From Eledone cirrhosa (lineage: Eukaryota), in assembly GCA_964016885.1 (NCBI GenBank), contig OZ024754.1, positions 30,318,001 through 30,382,000 on the forward strand: DNA of 64,000 nt, written 5' to 3'. Of the stretch, positions 1 to 15,901 are shown piece by piece. Numbering within the stretch: position 1 is the first letter of the stretch; each line of letters opens with the position of its first letter. A program made the translations under genes and the position numbers. The notes below the pieces were generated by a model. That model saw nothing but the letters and a program-made list of their open reading frames with translations, made no database searches and had not been told where the DNA came from.

Positions 1-3000
1 CTAAGGCCTCTCTCTCATTCCCACTGATGTCAGCTGATTAAGGCCTTTCTCTCATTCCCACTGATGTCAGCTGACTAAGGTCTCTCTCTCATTCCCACTG
101 ATGTCAGCTGACTAAGGTCTCTCTCTCATTCCCACTGATGTCAGCTGACTAAGGCCTTTCTCTCATTCCCACTGAAGTCAGCTGACTAAGGTCTCTCTCT
201 CATTCCCACTGATGTCAGCTGACTAAGGTCTCTCTCTCATTCCCACTGATGTCAGCTGACTAAGATCTCTCTCTCATTCCCACTGATGTCAGCTGACTAA
301 GGTCTCTCTCTCATTCTCACTGATGTTAGCTGACTAAGGCCTCTCTCTCATTCCCACTGATGTCAGCTGACTAAGGTCTCTCTCTCATTCCCACTGATGT
401 CAGCTGACTAAGGTCTCTCTCTCATTCCCACTGATGTCAGCTGACTAAGGTCTCTCTCTCATTCCCACTGATGTCAGCTGACTAAGGTCTCTCTCTCATT
501 CCCACTGATGTCAGCTGACTAAGGTCTCTCTCTCATTCCCACTGAAGTCAGCTGACTAAGGTCTCTCTCTCATTCCCACTGATGTCAGCTGACTAAGGCC
601 TCTCTCTCATTCCCACTGATGTCAGCTGACTAAGGCCTCTCTCTCATTCCCACTGATGTCAGCTGACTAAGGTCTCTCTCTCATTCCCACTGATGTCAGC
701 TGACTAAGGTCTCTCTCTCATTCCCACTGATGTCAGCTGACTAAGATCTCTCTCTCATTCCCACTGATGTCAGCTGACTAAGGTCTCTCTCTCATTCCCA
801 CTGATGTCAGCTGACTAAGGTCTCTCTCTCATTCCCACTGATGTCAGCTGACTAAGGTCTCTCTCTCATTCCCACTGAAGTCAGCTGACTAAGGTCTCTC
901 TCTCATTCCCACTGATGTCAGCTGACTAAGGCCTCTCTCTCATTCCCACTGATGTCAGCTGACTAAGGCCTCTCTCTCATTCCCACTGATGTCAGCTGAC
1001 TAAGGTCTCTCTCTCATTCCCACTGATGTCAGCTGACTAAGGCCTTTCTCTCATTCCCACTGATGTTAGCTGACTAAGGCCTCTCTCTCATTCCCACTGA
1101 TGTCAGCTGACTAAGGTCTCTCTCTCATTCCCACTGATGTCAGCTGACTAAGGCCTTTCTCTCATTCCCACTGATGTTAGCTGACTAAGGTCTCTCTGTC
1201 ATTCCCACTGATGTCAGCTGACTAAGGTCTCTCTCTCATTCCCACTGATGTCAGCTGACTAAGGTCTCTCTCTCATTCCCACTGATGTCAGCTGACTAAG
1301 GTCTCTCTCTCATTCCCACTGATGTCAGCTGACTAAGGTCTCTCTCTCATTCTCACTGATGTTAGCTGACTAAGGCCTCTCTCTCATTCCCACTGATGTG
1401 AGCTGACTAAGGTCTCTCTCTCATTCCCACTGATGTCAGCTGACTAAGGTCTCTCTCTCATTCCCACTGATGTCAGCTGACTAAGGTCTCTCTCTCATTC
1501 CCACTGATGTCAGCTGACTAAGGTCTCTCTCTCATTCCCACTGATGTCAGCTGACTAAGGCCTTTCTCTCATTCCCACTGATGTCAGCTGACTAAGACCT
1601 CTCTCTCATTCCCACTGATGTCAGCTGACTAAGGTCTCTCTCTCATTCCCACTGATGTCAGCTGACTAAGGCCTTTCTCTCATTCCCACTGATGTCAGCT
1701 GACTAAGACCTCTCTGTCATTCCCACTGATGTCAGCTGACTAAGGTCTCTCTGTCATTCCCACTGATGTCAGCTGACTAAGGTCTCTCTCTCATTCCCAC
1801 TGATGTCAGCTGACTAAGATCTCTCTCTCATTCCCACTGATGTCAGCTGACTAAGGTCTCTCTCTCATTCCCACTGATGTCAGCTGACTAAGATCTCTCT
1901 CTCATTCCCACTGATGTCAGCTGACTAAGGTCTCTCTCTCATTCTCACTGATGTTAGCTGACTAAGGCCTCTCTCTCATTCCCACTGATGTCAGCTGACT
2001 AAGGTCTCTCTCTCATTCCCACTGATGTCAGCTGACTAAGGTCTCTCTCTCATTCCCACTGATGTCAGCTGACTAAGGCCTTTCTCTCATTCCCACTGAT
2101 GTCAGCTGACTAAGGTCTCTCTCTCATTCCCACTGATGTCAGCTGACTAAGGCCTCTCTCTCATTCCCACTGATGTCAGCTGACTAAGGCCTTTCTCTCA
2201 TTCCCACTGATGTCAGCTGACTAAGGTCTCTCTCTCATTCCCACTGATGTCAGCTGACTAAGGCCTTTCTCTCATTCCCACTGATGTCAGCTGACTAAGG
2301 TCTCTCTCTCATTCCCACTGATGTCAGCTGACTAAGGCCTTTCTCTCATTCCCACTGATGTCAGCTGACTAAGGTCTCTCTCTCATTCCCACTGATGTCA
2401 GCTGACTAAGGCCTCTCTCTCATTCCCACTGATGTCAGCTGATTAAGGCCTTTCTCTCATTCCCACTGATGTCAGCTGACTAAGGTCTCTCTCTCATTCC
2501 CACTGATGTCAGCTGACTAAGGTCTCTCTCTCATTCCCACTGATGTCAGCTGACTAAGGCCTTTCTCTCATTCCCACTGAAGTCAGCTGACTAAGGTCTC
2601 TCTCTCATTCCCACTGATGTCAGCTGACTAAGGTCTCTCTCTCATTCCCACTGATGTCAGCTGACTAAGGCCTCTCTCTCATTCCCACTGATGTCAGCTG
2701 ACTAAGGCCTCTCTCTCATTCCCACTGATGTCGGCTGACTAAGGCCTCTCTCTCATTCCCACAGATGTCAGCTGACTAAGACCTCTCTCTCATTCCCACT
2801 GATGTCAGCTGACTAAGACCTCTCTCTCATTCCCACTGATGTCAGCTGACTAAGGCCTCTCTCTCATTCCCACTGATGTCAGCTGACTAAGGCCTCTCTC
2901 TCATTCCCACTGATGTCAGCTGACTAAGACCTTTCTCTCATTCCCACTGATGTCAGCTGACTAAGGCCTCTCTCTCATTCCCACTGATGTCAGCTGACTG

Positions 3001-6000
3001 AGGCCTTTCTCTCATTCCCACTGATGTCAGCTGACTAAGGCCCTTCTCTCATTCCCACTGATGTCAGCTGACTAAGGCCTCTCTCTCATTCCCACTGATG
3101 TCAGCTGACTAAGGTCTTTCTCTCATTCCCACTGATGTCATCTGACTAAGACCTCTCTCACATTCCCACTGATGTCAGCTGACTAAGACCTCTCTCTCAT
3201 TCCCACTGATGTCAGCTGACTAAGGCCTCTCTCTCATTCCCACTGATGTCAGCTGACTAAGGCCTTTCTCTCATTCCCACTGATGTCAGCTGACTAAGGC
3301 CTCTCTCTCATTCCCACTGATGTCAGCTGACTAAGGCCTCTCTCTCATTCCCACTGATGTCAGCTGACTAAGGCCTTTCTCTCATTCCCACTGATGTCAG
3401 CTGACTAAGGCCTCTCTCTCATTCCCACTGATGTCGGCTGACTAAGGCCTCTCTCTCATTCCCACTGATGTCAGCTGACTAAGACCTCTCTCTCATTCCC
3501 ACTGATGTCAGCTGACTAAGACCTCTCTCTCATTCCCACTGATGTCAGCTGACTAAGGCCTCTCTCTCATTCCCACTGATGTCAGCTGACTAAGGCCTCT
3601 CTCTCATTCCCACTGATGTCAGCTGACTAAGGCCTTTCTCTCATTCCCACTGATGTCAGCTGACTAAGGTCTCTCTCTCATTCCCACTGATGTCAGCTGA
3701 CTAAGGCCTTTCTCTCATTCCCACTGATGTTAGCTGACTAAGGCCTCTCTCTCATTCCCACTGATGTCAGCTGACTAAGGTCTCTCTCTCATTCCCACTG
3801 ATGTCAGCTGACTAAGGCCTTTCTCTCATTCCCACTGATGTTAGCTGACTAAGGTCTCTCTGTCATTCCCACTGATGTCAGCTGACTAAGGTCTCTCTCT
3901 CATTCCCACTGATGTCAGCTGACTAAGGTCTCTCTCTCATTCCCACTGATGTCAGCTGACTAAGGTCTCTCTCTCATTCCCACTGATGTCAGCTGACTAA
4001 GGTCTCTCTCTCATTCTCACTGATGTTAGCTGACTAAGGCCTCTCTCTCATTCCCACTGATGTCAGCTGACTAAGGTCTCTCTCTCATTCCCACTGATGT
4101 CAGCTGACTAAGGTCTCTCTCTCATTCCCACTGATGTCAGCTGACTAAGGTCTCTCTCTCATTCCCACTGATGTCAGCTGACTAAGGTCTCTCTCTCATT
4201 CCCACTGATGTCAGCTGACTAAGGCCTTTCTCTCATTCCCACTGATGTCAGCTGACTAAGACCTCTCTCTCATTCCCACTGATGTCAGCTGACTAAGGTC
4301 TCTCTCTCATTCCCACTGATGTCAGCTGACTAAGGCCTTTCTCTCATTCCCACTGATGTCAGCTGACTAAGACCTCTCTGTCATTCCCACTGATGTCAGC
4401 TGACTAAGGTCTCTCTGTCATTCCCACTGATGTCAGCTGACTAAGGTCTCTCTCTCATTCCCACTGATGTCAGCTGACTAAGATCTCTCTCTCATTCCCA
4501 CTGATGTCACCTGACTAAGGTCTCTCTCTCATTCTCACTGATGTTAGCTGACTAAGGCCTCTCTCTCATTCCCACTGATGTCAGCTGACTAAGGTCTCTC
4601 TCTCATTCCCACTGATGTCAGCTGACTAACGTCTCTCTCTCATTCCCACTGATGTCACCTGACTAAGGTCTCTCTCTCATTCCCACTGATGTCAGCTGAC
4701 TAAGGTCTCTCTCTCATTCCCACTGATGTCAGCTGACTAAGGCCTTTCTCTCATTCCCACTGATGTCAGCTGACTAAGGTCTCTCTCTCATTCCCACTGA
4801 TGTCAGCTGACTAAGGCCTCTCTCTCATTCCCACTGATGTCAGCTGACTAAGGCCTTTCTCTCATTCCCACTGATGTCAGCTGACTAAGGTCTCTCTCTC
4901 ATTCCCACTGATGTCAGCTGACTAAGGCCTTTCTCTCATTCCCACTGATGTCAGCTGACTAAGGTCTCTCTCTCATTCCCACTGATGTCAGCTGACTAAG
5001 GCCTTTCTCTCATTCCCACTGATGTCAGCTGACTAAGGTCTCTCTCTCATTCCCACTGATGTCAGCTGACTAAGGCCTCTCTCTCATTCCCACTGATGTC
5101 AGCTGATTAAGGCCTTTCTCTCATTCCCACTGATGTCAGCTGACTAAGGTCTCTCTCTCATTCCCACTGATGTCAGCTGACTAAGGTCTCTCTCTCATTC
5201 CCACTGATGTCAGCTGACTAAGGCCTTTCTCTCATTCCCACTGAAGTCAGCTGACTAAGGTCTCTCTCTCATTCCCACTGATGTCAGCTGACTAAGGTCT
5301 CTCTCTCATTCCCACTGATGTCAGCTGACTAAGGCCTCTCTCTCATTCCCACTGATGTCAGCTGACTAAGGCCTCTCTCTCATTCCCACTGATGTCGGCT
5401 GACTAAGGCCTCTCTCTCATTCCCACTGATGTCAGCTGACTAAGACCTCTCTCTCATTCCCACTGATGTCAGCTGACTAAGACCTCTCTCTCATTCCCAC
5501 TGATGTCAGCTGACTAAGGCCTCTCTCTCATTCCCACTGATGTCAGCTGACTAAGGCCTCTCTCTCATTCCCACTGATGTCAGCTGACTAAGACCTTTCT
5601 CTCATTCCCACTGATGTCAGCTGACTAAGGCCTCTCTCTCATTCCCACTGATGTCAGCTGACTAAGGCCTTTCTCTCATTCCCACTGATGTCAGCTGACT
5701 AAGGCCTTTCTCTCATTCCCACTGATGTCAGCTGACTAAGGCCTCTCTCTCATTCCCACTGATGTCAGCTGACTAAGGTCTTTCTCTCATTCCCACTGAT
5801 GTCAGCTGACTAAGACCTCTCTCACATTCCCACTGATGTCAGCTGACTAAGACCTCTCTCTCATTCCCACTGATGTCAGCTGACTAAGGCCTCTCTCTCA
5901 TTCCCACTGATGTCAGCTGACTAAGGCCTTTCTCTCATTCCCACTGATGTCAGCTGACTAAGGCCTCTCTCTCATTCCCACTGATGTCAGCTGACTAAGG

Positions 6001-9000
6001 CCTCTCTCTCATTCCCACTGATGTCAGCTGACTAAGGCCTTTCTCTCATTCCCACTGATGTCAGCTGACTAAGGCCTCTCTCTCATTCCCACTGATGTCA
6101 GCTGACTAAGACCTTTCTCTCATTCCCACTGATGTCAGCTGACTAAGGTCTCTCTCTCATTCCCACTGATGTCAGCTGACTAAGGCCTCTCTCTCATTCC
6201 CACTGATGTCAGCTGACTAAGGCCTTTCTCTCATTCCCACTGATGTCAGCTGACTAAGGCCTTTCTCTCATTCCCACTGATGTCAGCTGACTAAGGCCTC
6301 TCTCTCATTCCCACTGATGTCAGCTGACTAAGGTCTCTCTCTCATTCCCACTGATGTCAGCTGACTAAGGCCTTTCTCTCATTCCCACTGATGTCAGCTT
6401 ACTAAGGTCTCTCTCTCATTCCCACTGATGTCAGCTGACTAAGACCTCTCTCTCATTCCCACTGATGTCAGCTGACTAAGACCTCTCTCTCATTCCCACT
6501 GATGTCAGCTGACTAAGACCTCTCTCTCATTCCCACTGATGTCAGCTGACTAAGACCTCTCTCTCATTCCCACTGATGTCAGCTGACTAAGGCCTCTCTC
6601 TCATTCCCACTGATGTCAGCTGACTAAGGCCTTTCTCTCATTCCCACTGATGTCAGCTGACTAAGGCCTTTCTCTCATTCCCACTGATGTCAGCTGACTA
6701 AGGCCTTTCCCTCATTCCCACTGATGTCAGCTGACTAAGGCCTTTCTCTCATTCCCACTGATGTCAGCTGACTAAGGCCTTTCTCTCATTCCCACTGATG
6801 TCAGCTGACTAAGGCCTTTCTCTCATTCCCACTGATGTCAGCTGACTAAGGCCTTTCTCTCATTCCCACTGATGTCAGCTGACTAAGGCCTTTCTCTCAT
6901 TCCCACTGATGTCAGCTGACTAAGGCCTTTCTCTCATTCCCACTGATGTCAGCTGACTAAGGCCTTTCTCTCATTCCCACTGATGTCAGCTGACTAAGGT
7001 CTCTCTCTCATTCCCACTGATGTCAGCTGACTAAGACCTCTCTCTCATTCCCACTGATGTCAGCTGACTAAGGCCTTTCCCTCATTCCCACTGATGTCAG
7101 CTGACTAAGGCCTTTCTCTCATTCCCACTGATGTCAGCTGACTAAGACCTCTCTCTCATTCCCACTGATGTCAGCTGACTAAGGCCTTTCTCTCATTCCC
7201 ACTGATGTCAGCTGACTAAGGCCTTTCTCTCATTCCCACTGATGTCAGCTGACTAAGGCCTTTCTCTCATTCCCACTGATGTCAGCTGACTAAGGCCTTT
7301 CTCTCATTCCCACTGATGTCAGCTGACTAAGGCCTTTCTCTCATTCCCACTGATGTCAGCTGACTAAGGCCTTTCTCTCATTCCCACTGATGTCAGCTGA
7401 CTAAGGCCTTTCTCTCATTCCCACTGATGTCAGCTTACTAAGGTCTCTCTCTCATTCCCACTGATGTCAGCTGACTAAGACCTCTCTCTCATTCCCACTG
7501 ATGTCAGCTGACTAAGGCCTTTCCCTCATTCCCACTGATGTCAGCTGACTAAGGCCTTTCTCTCATTCCCACTGATGTCAGCTGACTAAGACCTCTCTCT
7601 CATTCCCACTGATGTCAGCTGACTAAGGCCTTTCTCTCATTCCCACTGATGTCAGCTGACTAAGGCCTTTCTCTCATTCCCACTGATGTCAGCTGACTAA
7701 GACCTCTCTCTCATTCCCACTGATGTCAGCTGACTAAGGCATTTCTCTCATTCCCACTGATGTCAGCTGACTAAGGTCTTTCTCTCATTCCCACTGATGT
7801 CAGCTGACTAAGGTCTCTCTCTCAATCCCACTGATGTCAGCTGACTAAGGCCTTTCTCTCATTCCCACTGATGTCAGCTGACTAAGGTCTCTCTCTCATT
7901 CCCACTGATGTCAGCTGACTAAGGCCTTTCTCTCATTCCCACTGATGTCAGCTGACTAAGGCCTCTCTCTCATTCCCACTGATGTCAGCTGACTAAGGTC
8001 TCTCTCTCATTCCCAACTGATGTCAGCTGACTAAGACCTCTCTCTCATTCCCACTGATGTCAGCTGACTAAGGTCTCTCTCTCATTCCCACTGATGTCAG
8101 TTGATTAAGGTCTCTCTCTCATTCCCACTGATGTCAGTTGATTAAGTTCTCTCTCTCATTCCCACTGATGTCAGCTGACTAAGGTCTCTCTCTCATTCCC
8201 ACTGATGTCAGCTGACTAAGGCCTTTCTCTCATTCCCACTGATGTCAGCTGACTAAGGTCTTTCTCTCATTCCCACTGATGTCAGCTGACTAAGGTCTCT
8301 CTCTCATTCCCACTGATGTCAGCTGACTAAGGCCTTTCTCTCATTCCCACTGATGTCAGCTGACTAAGGTCTCTCTCTCATTCCCACTGATGTCAGCTGA
8401 CTAAGGTCTCTCTCTCATTCCCACTGATGTCAGCTGACTAAGGTCTCTCTCTCATTCCCACTGATGTCAGCTGACTAAGGTCTCTCTCTCATTCCCACTG
8501 ATGTCAGCTGACTAAGGTCTTTCTCTCATTCCCACTGATGTCAGCTGACTAAGGTCTCTCTCTCATTCCCACTGATGTCAGCTGACTAAGGTCTCTCTCT
8601 CATTCCCACTGATGTCAGCTGACTAAGGCCTTTCTCTCATTCCCACTGATGTCAGCTGACTAAGGCCTTTCTCTCATTCCCACTGATGTCAGCTGACTAA
8701 GGCCTCTCTCTCATTCCCACTGATGTCAGCTGACTAAGGCCTTTCTCTCATTCCCACTGATGTCAGCTGACTAAGGCCTCTCTCTCATTCCCACTGATGT
8801 CAGCTGACTAAGGCCTTTCTCTCATTCCCACTGATGTCAGCTGACTAAGGCCTTTCTCTCATTCCCACTGATGTCAGCTGACTAAGGCCTCTCTCTCATT
8901 CCCACTGATGTCAGCTGACTAAGGCCTTTCTGTCATTCCCACTGATGTCAGCTGACAAAGGTCTCTCTCTCATTCCCACTGATGTCAGCTGACTAAGGCC

Positions 9001-10385
9001 TTTCTCTCATTCCCACTGATGTCAGCTGACTAAGACCTCTCTCTCATTCCCACTGATGTCAGCTGACTAAGGCCTTTCTCTCATTCCCACTGATGTCAGC
9101 TGACTAAGGCCTTTCTCTCATTCCCACTGATGTCAGCTGACTAAGACCTCTCTCTCATTCCCACTGATGTCAGCTGACTAAGGCCTCTCTCTCATTCCCA
9201 CTGATGTCAGCTGACTAAGGCCTCTCTCTCATTCCCACTGATGTCAGCTGACTAAGGCCTCTCTCTCATTCCCACTGATGTCAGCTGACGAAGGCCTCTC
9301 TCTCATTCCCACTGATGTCAGCTGACTAAGGCCTTTCTCTCATTCCCACTGATGTCAGCTGACTAAGGCCTTTCTCTCATTCCCACTGATGTCAGCTGAC
9401 TAAGGCCTCTCTCTCATTCCCACTGATGTCAGCTGACTAAGGCCTCTCTCTCATTCCCACTGATGTCAGCTGACTAAGGACTTTCTCTCATTCCCACTGA
9501 TGTCAGCTGACTAAGGCCTCTCTCTCATTCCCACTGATGTCAGCTGACTAAGGCCTTTCTGTCATTCCCACTGATGTCAGCTGACTAAGGTCTCTCTCTC
9601 ATTCCCACTGATGTCAGCTGACTAAGGCCTTTCTCTCATTCCCACTGATGTCAGCTGACTAAGACCTCTCTCTCATTCCCACTGATGTCAGCTGACTAAG
9701 GCCTTTCTCTCATTCCCACTGATGTCAGCTGACTAAGGCCTTTCTCTCATTCCCACTGATGTCAGCTGACTAAGACCTCTCTCTCATTCCCACTGATGTC
9801 AACTGACTAAGGCCTCTCTCTCATTCCCACTGATGTCAGCTGACTAAGGCATTTCTCTCATTCCCACTGATGTCAGCTGACTAAGACCTCTCTCTCATTC
9901 CCACTGATGTCAGCTGACTAAGACCTCTCTCTCATTCCCACTGATGTCAGCTGACTAAGGCATTTCTCTCATTCCCACTGATGTCAGCTGACTAAGGCCT
10001 TTCTCTCATTCCCACTGATGTCAGCTGACTAAGGTCTCTCTCTCATTCCCACTGATGTCAGCTGACTAAGGTCTCTCTCTCATTCCCACTGATGTCAGCT
10101 GACTAAGGCCTTTCTCTCATTCCCACTGATGTCAGCTGACTAAGATCTCTCTCTCATTCCCACTGATGTCAGCTGACTAAGGTCTCTCTCTCATTCCCAC
10201 TGATGCCAGCTGACTAAGGCCTTTCTCTCATTCCCACTGATGTCAGCTGACTAAGGCCTCTCTCTCATTCCCACTGATGTCAGCTGACTAAGGTCTCTCT
10301 CTCATCCCTACTGATGTCAGCTGACTAAGGCCTCTCTCTCATTCCCACTGATGTCAGCTGACTAAGGCCTTTCTCTCATTCACAC
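1..10385. repeat. 37-bp tandem satellite, about 280 copies, truncated by window start
   Basis: Unit CTAAGG(C/T)CT(C/T)TCTCTCATTCCCACTGATGTCAGCTGA repeats continuously; it contains the palindrome GTCAGCTGAC. Confidence 0.98.
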
Positions 10386-10459
10386 TCAATTAACTTTGGT
10401 CTTCTTCAACATTTTCAACCTATACATCAATGACCTACTTTACATCATTTTAACAATGA

Positions 10460-11045
10460 CACTCCTAGTGCTCTGTCAAGTAGTAGTGCTGGCATCATGA
10501 TAAAATACATCCATTACACTCTGTGAATTGGTAGTACTGGTGTCTTGTTAAAATACACCCAGCCCACTCTGTACAGTGTTAGTACTGGTGTCATGATAAA
10601 ATACACCCAGTACTCTCTGTAAAGTGTTAGTACTGGTGTCATGATAATATACACCTAGTACTTTCTGTGTAGTGGTAGTACTGGTGCCTTGATAAAATAC
10701 ACCCAGTACACTCTGTAAAATGTAGTACTGGTGTCATGATAATATACACCCAGTACTCTTTATAAAGTGGCAGTTCTGGTGCCTTGATAAAATATACCCA
10801 GTACACTCTGTAAAGTGTAGTACTGGTGCCTTGATAAAATACACCCAGCCCACTCTGTAAAGTGGTTGGCATTAGGAAGGACACCCAGCTGTACAAACCA
10901 TGCCAAAAGACTTGAGAGAGAGCACTTTATCACACCATGGACATGTCAACTTCTCCAGTGCAAGTGCCCTGATAAAATGCAAACAGTACACTCTGAGAGG
11001 AGTTGGTGATAGGAAAGGGCATCAAGTCATAGAAAACTTGCCAAA
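10460..11045 (+). repeat. Diverged ~48-bp tandem repeat derived from a SINE/RTE 3' segment
   Basis: Repeats of GATAAAATACACCCAGTACACTCTGTAAAGTG..GTACTGGTG run into GGTTGGCATTAGGAAGG.CA.CCAGCTGTA, a motif also seen at ~15000 and ~30890. Confidence 0.7.
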
Positions 11046-11157
11046 CAAATGTACTGGGCAGGTGAGAATATACCTGTGTTACTATATATTTCATCAACAA
11101 AAACATAGAATGACAAAATATATGGCTGTTACTGAAGGTAGACATTGAGGTCACAAT

Positions 11158-12700
<1,543 letters not shown>

Positions 12701-13028
12701 CTTTTCCATGCTGGTACAAGTTAGACAGGTCAACACTGACCCTATCACTATTTATTCAGAGTCACTCTCCTTCTAGACTGACTGGAATGAGGCAGTATAT
12801 CTCTCTCTTAAATATATTCTGGTTTCGGCATAGTTTCTACAACTGGATGCCCTTCCTATCACCATCTACATAACAGAGTGTCCTAGATGTATTTTCTCAT
12901 AGCACCATCACTAGAGAGATTTTCATGTCCTTGACACAAGAATACTCAAGGCTCTTTGTTTAGCAGGGTTTTCATGCCCTTCCTAACTTTATCTAATTTA
13001 CAGAGGAAAATCATGCAACATCATCATT

Positions 13029-13297
13029 TTAACCCTTTAGCATTTAAACCAGCTGTATCTGGCCAGAATTCTCTCACCTCTTTCAATTCAAACTGCCCAT
13101 AACTGGCCACTCATGCTGATGTTAAGGTATTGTTCTCAAAATAAAGAATATCAAAATATCATAGCTTTGATATTTTGATATTATTTATTTTGAGAACAAT
13201 ACCTTAACATCAGCATGAGTAATAATTATGTGAGGTAAAGCCTTTACCATGAAGGTATAATAGTAAATATAGAATAATGTAAATACTAAAAGGTTAA
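13029..13297. mobile_element. piggyBac-like MITE with internal foldback
   Basis: Ends read TTAA-CCCTTTAGCATTTA ... TAAATACTAAAAGG-TTAA. Internal hairpin at 13109-13220. Homologous to 33625-34428. Confidence 0.65.
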
Positions 13298-13864
13298 AGG
13301 TTTTATTTTTAATTTAAACTCCTTTCTTGTAATTTTATGCAAGAATACTGTGTTTAATTATTAGAAAAAAAAAGATTATCGAAACATGTGAAGAATGTAT
13401 TTCATGAGAAATATTGTTATTAAAATCTTGAATAAAACAATATCCATGACAGCCAAATTAATATATGGAGATAACACAGATCTCTGGTGTCATGCTGTAC
13501 TGCAGAAGACCTGCCTTCCCATTTACACAAAATGAAATGAAGCCAGCATATAGAGGACACATTAGTCAGGACCAATCTTCTCACCACCCACCTCATTCAA
13601 TCTGCATAGTCTTAATACGCCCACCTTCTTCAGCTAAATATCCCATGCACCTCTCACTGTTGAACTTGCTTACTTGCTCCCTGCCCCAAATCCTCACTTT
13701 GGATACACCTAGCCTGTCTAACCCACACATATAAGCATGAAAACTGGACACACCCTACATCTGATCTCAAACAATGCCCTTGCACTAAAAAAAATACACT
13801 AAGTCCACCCTGTATGCTAATCCAGTACCACAACAACGAAAGTACACAGTCCACCCTGTAAGGT

Positions 13865-14385
13865 GGTCATATATGATACACTTTTGTAAAGGGTTAATAA
13901 TTGTTGGGAGTTGAAATGTTTTTTGGCAGCCCCATTGAAGACAACCAGTCACATATGATACAGTTTTGTAAAGGGTTACTAACTGTAGGCAGTTGAAATA
14001 TTTTCTGGCAGCCCCAAAAAGGACAACCAGCCATATATGACACAGTTTTGTAGTTTAGTAAAGAGTTAATATTTGTTAGCAGTTGAAATATTTTCTGGCA
14101 GCCCCTATGACGACAGCCAGTCATATATAATACAGTTTTGTAGTTTTGCAAAGGGTTAATATTTGTTGGGAGCTGAAATATTTTATGGCAGCCCCAACGA
14201 GGACATCCAGTCATATGATACAGTTTTGTAGTTTTGCAAAGGGTTAATATTTGTTGGGAGCTGAAATATTTTCTGGCAGCCCCCAATGAGGACATCCAGT
14301 CATATGATACAGTTTTGTAAAGGGTTGATAAGTGTTGGCAGTTGAAATATTCTCTGGCAGCCCCCAATGAAGACAGCCAGTCATA
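13865..14385. repeat. ~80-90-bp minisatellite, about 6 copies
   Basis: Recurring ATGATACAGTTTTGTA...GTTGAAATATTTTCTGGCAGCCCC. Confidence 0.9.
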
Positions 14386-14716
14386 TATTTAATATGTTAA
14401 ATCATTTCTCAAAAAAAAAAAAAATACAAACAAAAACAAAAACAAAAACAAAAACAAAAAAAAAAAAAAACTTGTGTTATTTGACATAATTCTATCTGAG
14501 CTAATCTTGGATTAACATATATTTAATGTGTGTTACCATCACTACCGCACCCAGGGTCACTAAAATCTACAGTTCAACCCCACCAATCTCAGCCCCAACC
14601 CTTCCTATACACTGTACTAGCAATCGGATTGTGCCTCTTTGTCCTGCTGTGTGTGTGTATATATATATATATATGTGTGTGTGGGGGTGTGCATATATAT
14701 ATATATATATATATAT

Positions 14717-15110
14717 GGAGGCACATGGCTTAGTGGTTAGAGCATTTGCCTTGCAATCGAAAGGTTGTGAGTTCAATTCTCAGACCGGGTGATGTGTTGT
14801 TTCCTTGAGCAAGACACTTTATTTCCCATTGCTCCAGTTTACTCAGCTGTAGAAATGAGATGATAGGGACTGGGGTCCATATCATTCCACTGCAAAGTGG
14901 TTGTGGAGGTGCCACGGCAATATAAGCACCCAGCCCACACTGTAAAGTGGACGTGTAGGTGCCACGGCAAAAAAGCACCCAGCACTCACTGTAAATGAGG
15001 TTGGTGTTAGGAAGGGCATCCAGCTGTAGAAATCAAGCCAGAATCAGTTCCCGTCCCACCCTTGCAAGCAGGGAAAAAGCGGACGTAAAATGAAATGGAA
15101 TGAAATGGAA
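14717..15110 (+). mobile_element. tRNA-derived SINE with RTE-type 3' tail
   Basis: A-box TGGCTTAGTGG (~14726) and B-box GTTCAATTC (~14771). The 3' end CCCGTCCCACCCTTGCAAGCAGGGAAAAAGCGGACGTAAAATGA matches the RTE end at 38955-39000. Confidence 0.85.
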
Positions 15111-15199
15111 TACATACACCCACACATATATATATCCATACCCACATATATAAAAATGGGCATTAAATGGGGATGATGCTGATATACATATGAATATAT

Positions 15200-15241
<42 letters not shown>

Positions 15242-15254
15242 GCTAAATATTGGG

Positions 15255-15304
15255 TCTTGTTACTCTGGAGTTTCACCTGTTTATCACAGGGTCATCAGAC
15301 AAGA
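15255..15304 (-). ncRNA. Minimal type I hammerhead ribozyme in a small foldback element
   Basis: Minus strand reads TCTTGT-CTGATGA-cCCTGT gataa ACAGGt-GAAA-CTC ca GAG-TA-ACAAGA; all three stems pair. Confidence 0.85.
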
Positions 15305-15610
15305 AACTCCAGAGTTACAAGACATACTATTCAGCCTTAATAAAATGAATATTAAAACTCTATTTTCTCTCAGCTGTCAACCACACACATACACACACAC
15401 ACACACATACATATATATATATATGAGTTACAACAGTGAATATACTGGTTACTAATTTATACTTAACTCATCCTATGGACTGAGTGCTCTTACTCTTGGA
15501 TATTTCTACCAAGCTTTTATTACAGTATACCACCACCCCACTCTCAAGAGCGTGAAATTAATAAACATTCGTTGTACTGCCTCTCTGTTTTGTTCCTGTT
15601 CAAATTTTCC

Positions 15611-15650
<40 letters not shown>

Positions 15651-15857
15651 AATAAATTATCGAGAATCGGAACTTCAGCCCACGAAATAACGAAACACAA
15701 TCTTCGAAATGTGTGGCAAAGTGCTCAATAGTTTGGATAAACCAGAGCTATAACTAACGTTTAATACCAACACACCGAGACGATGTTTAAACAATCATTC
15801 GCACAGCCAAAAATACGACCAAGAAAATTCGGGTCAACAAATAAAAATATATATATA

Positions 15858-15901
<44 letters not shown>

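Noticed and set aside
1-10385. CRISPR-like 37-bp repeat with a palindrome
   Set aside because: No spacers, head-to-tail satellite, eukaryotic context and no cas genes. CTGATGT is not an HHR core.
14717-14790. tRNA gene
   Set aside because: It is a SINE head, continuous with the SINE body and RTE-type tail.
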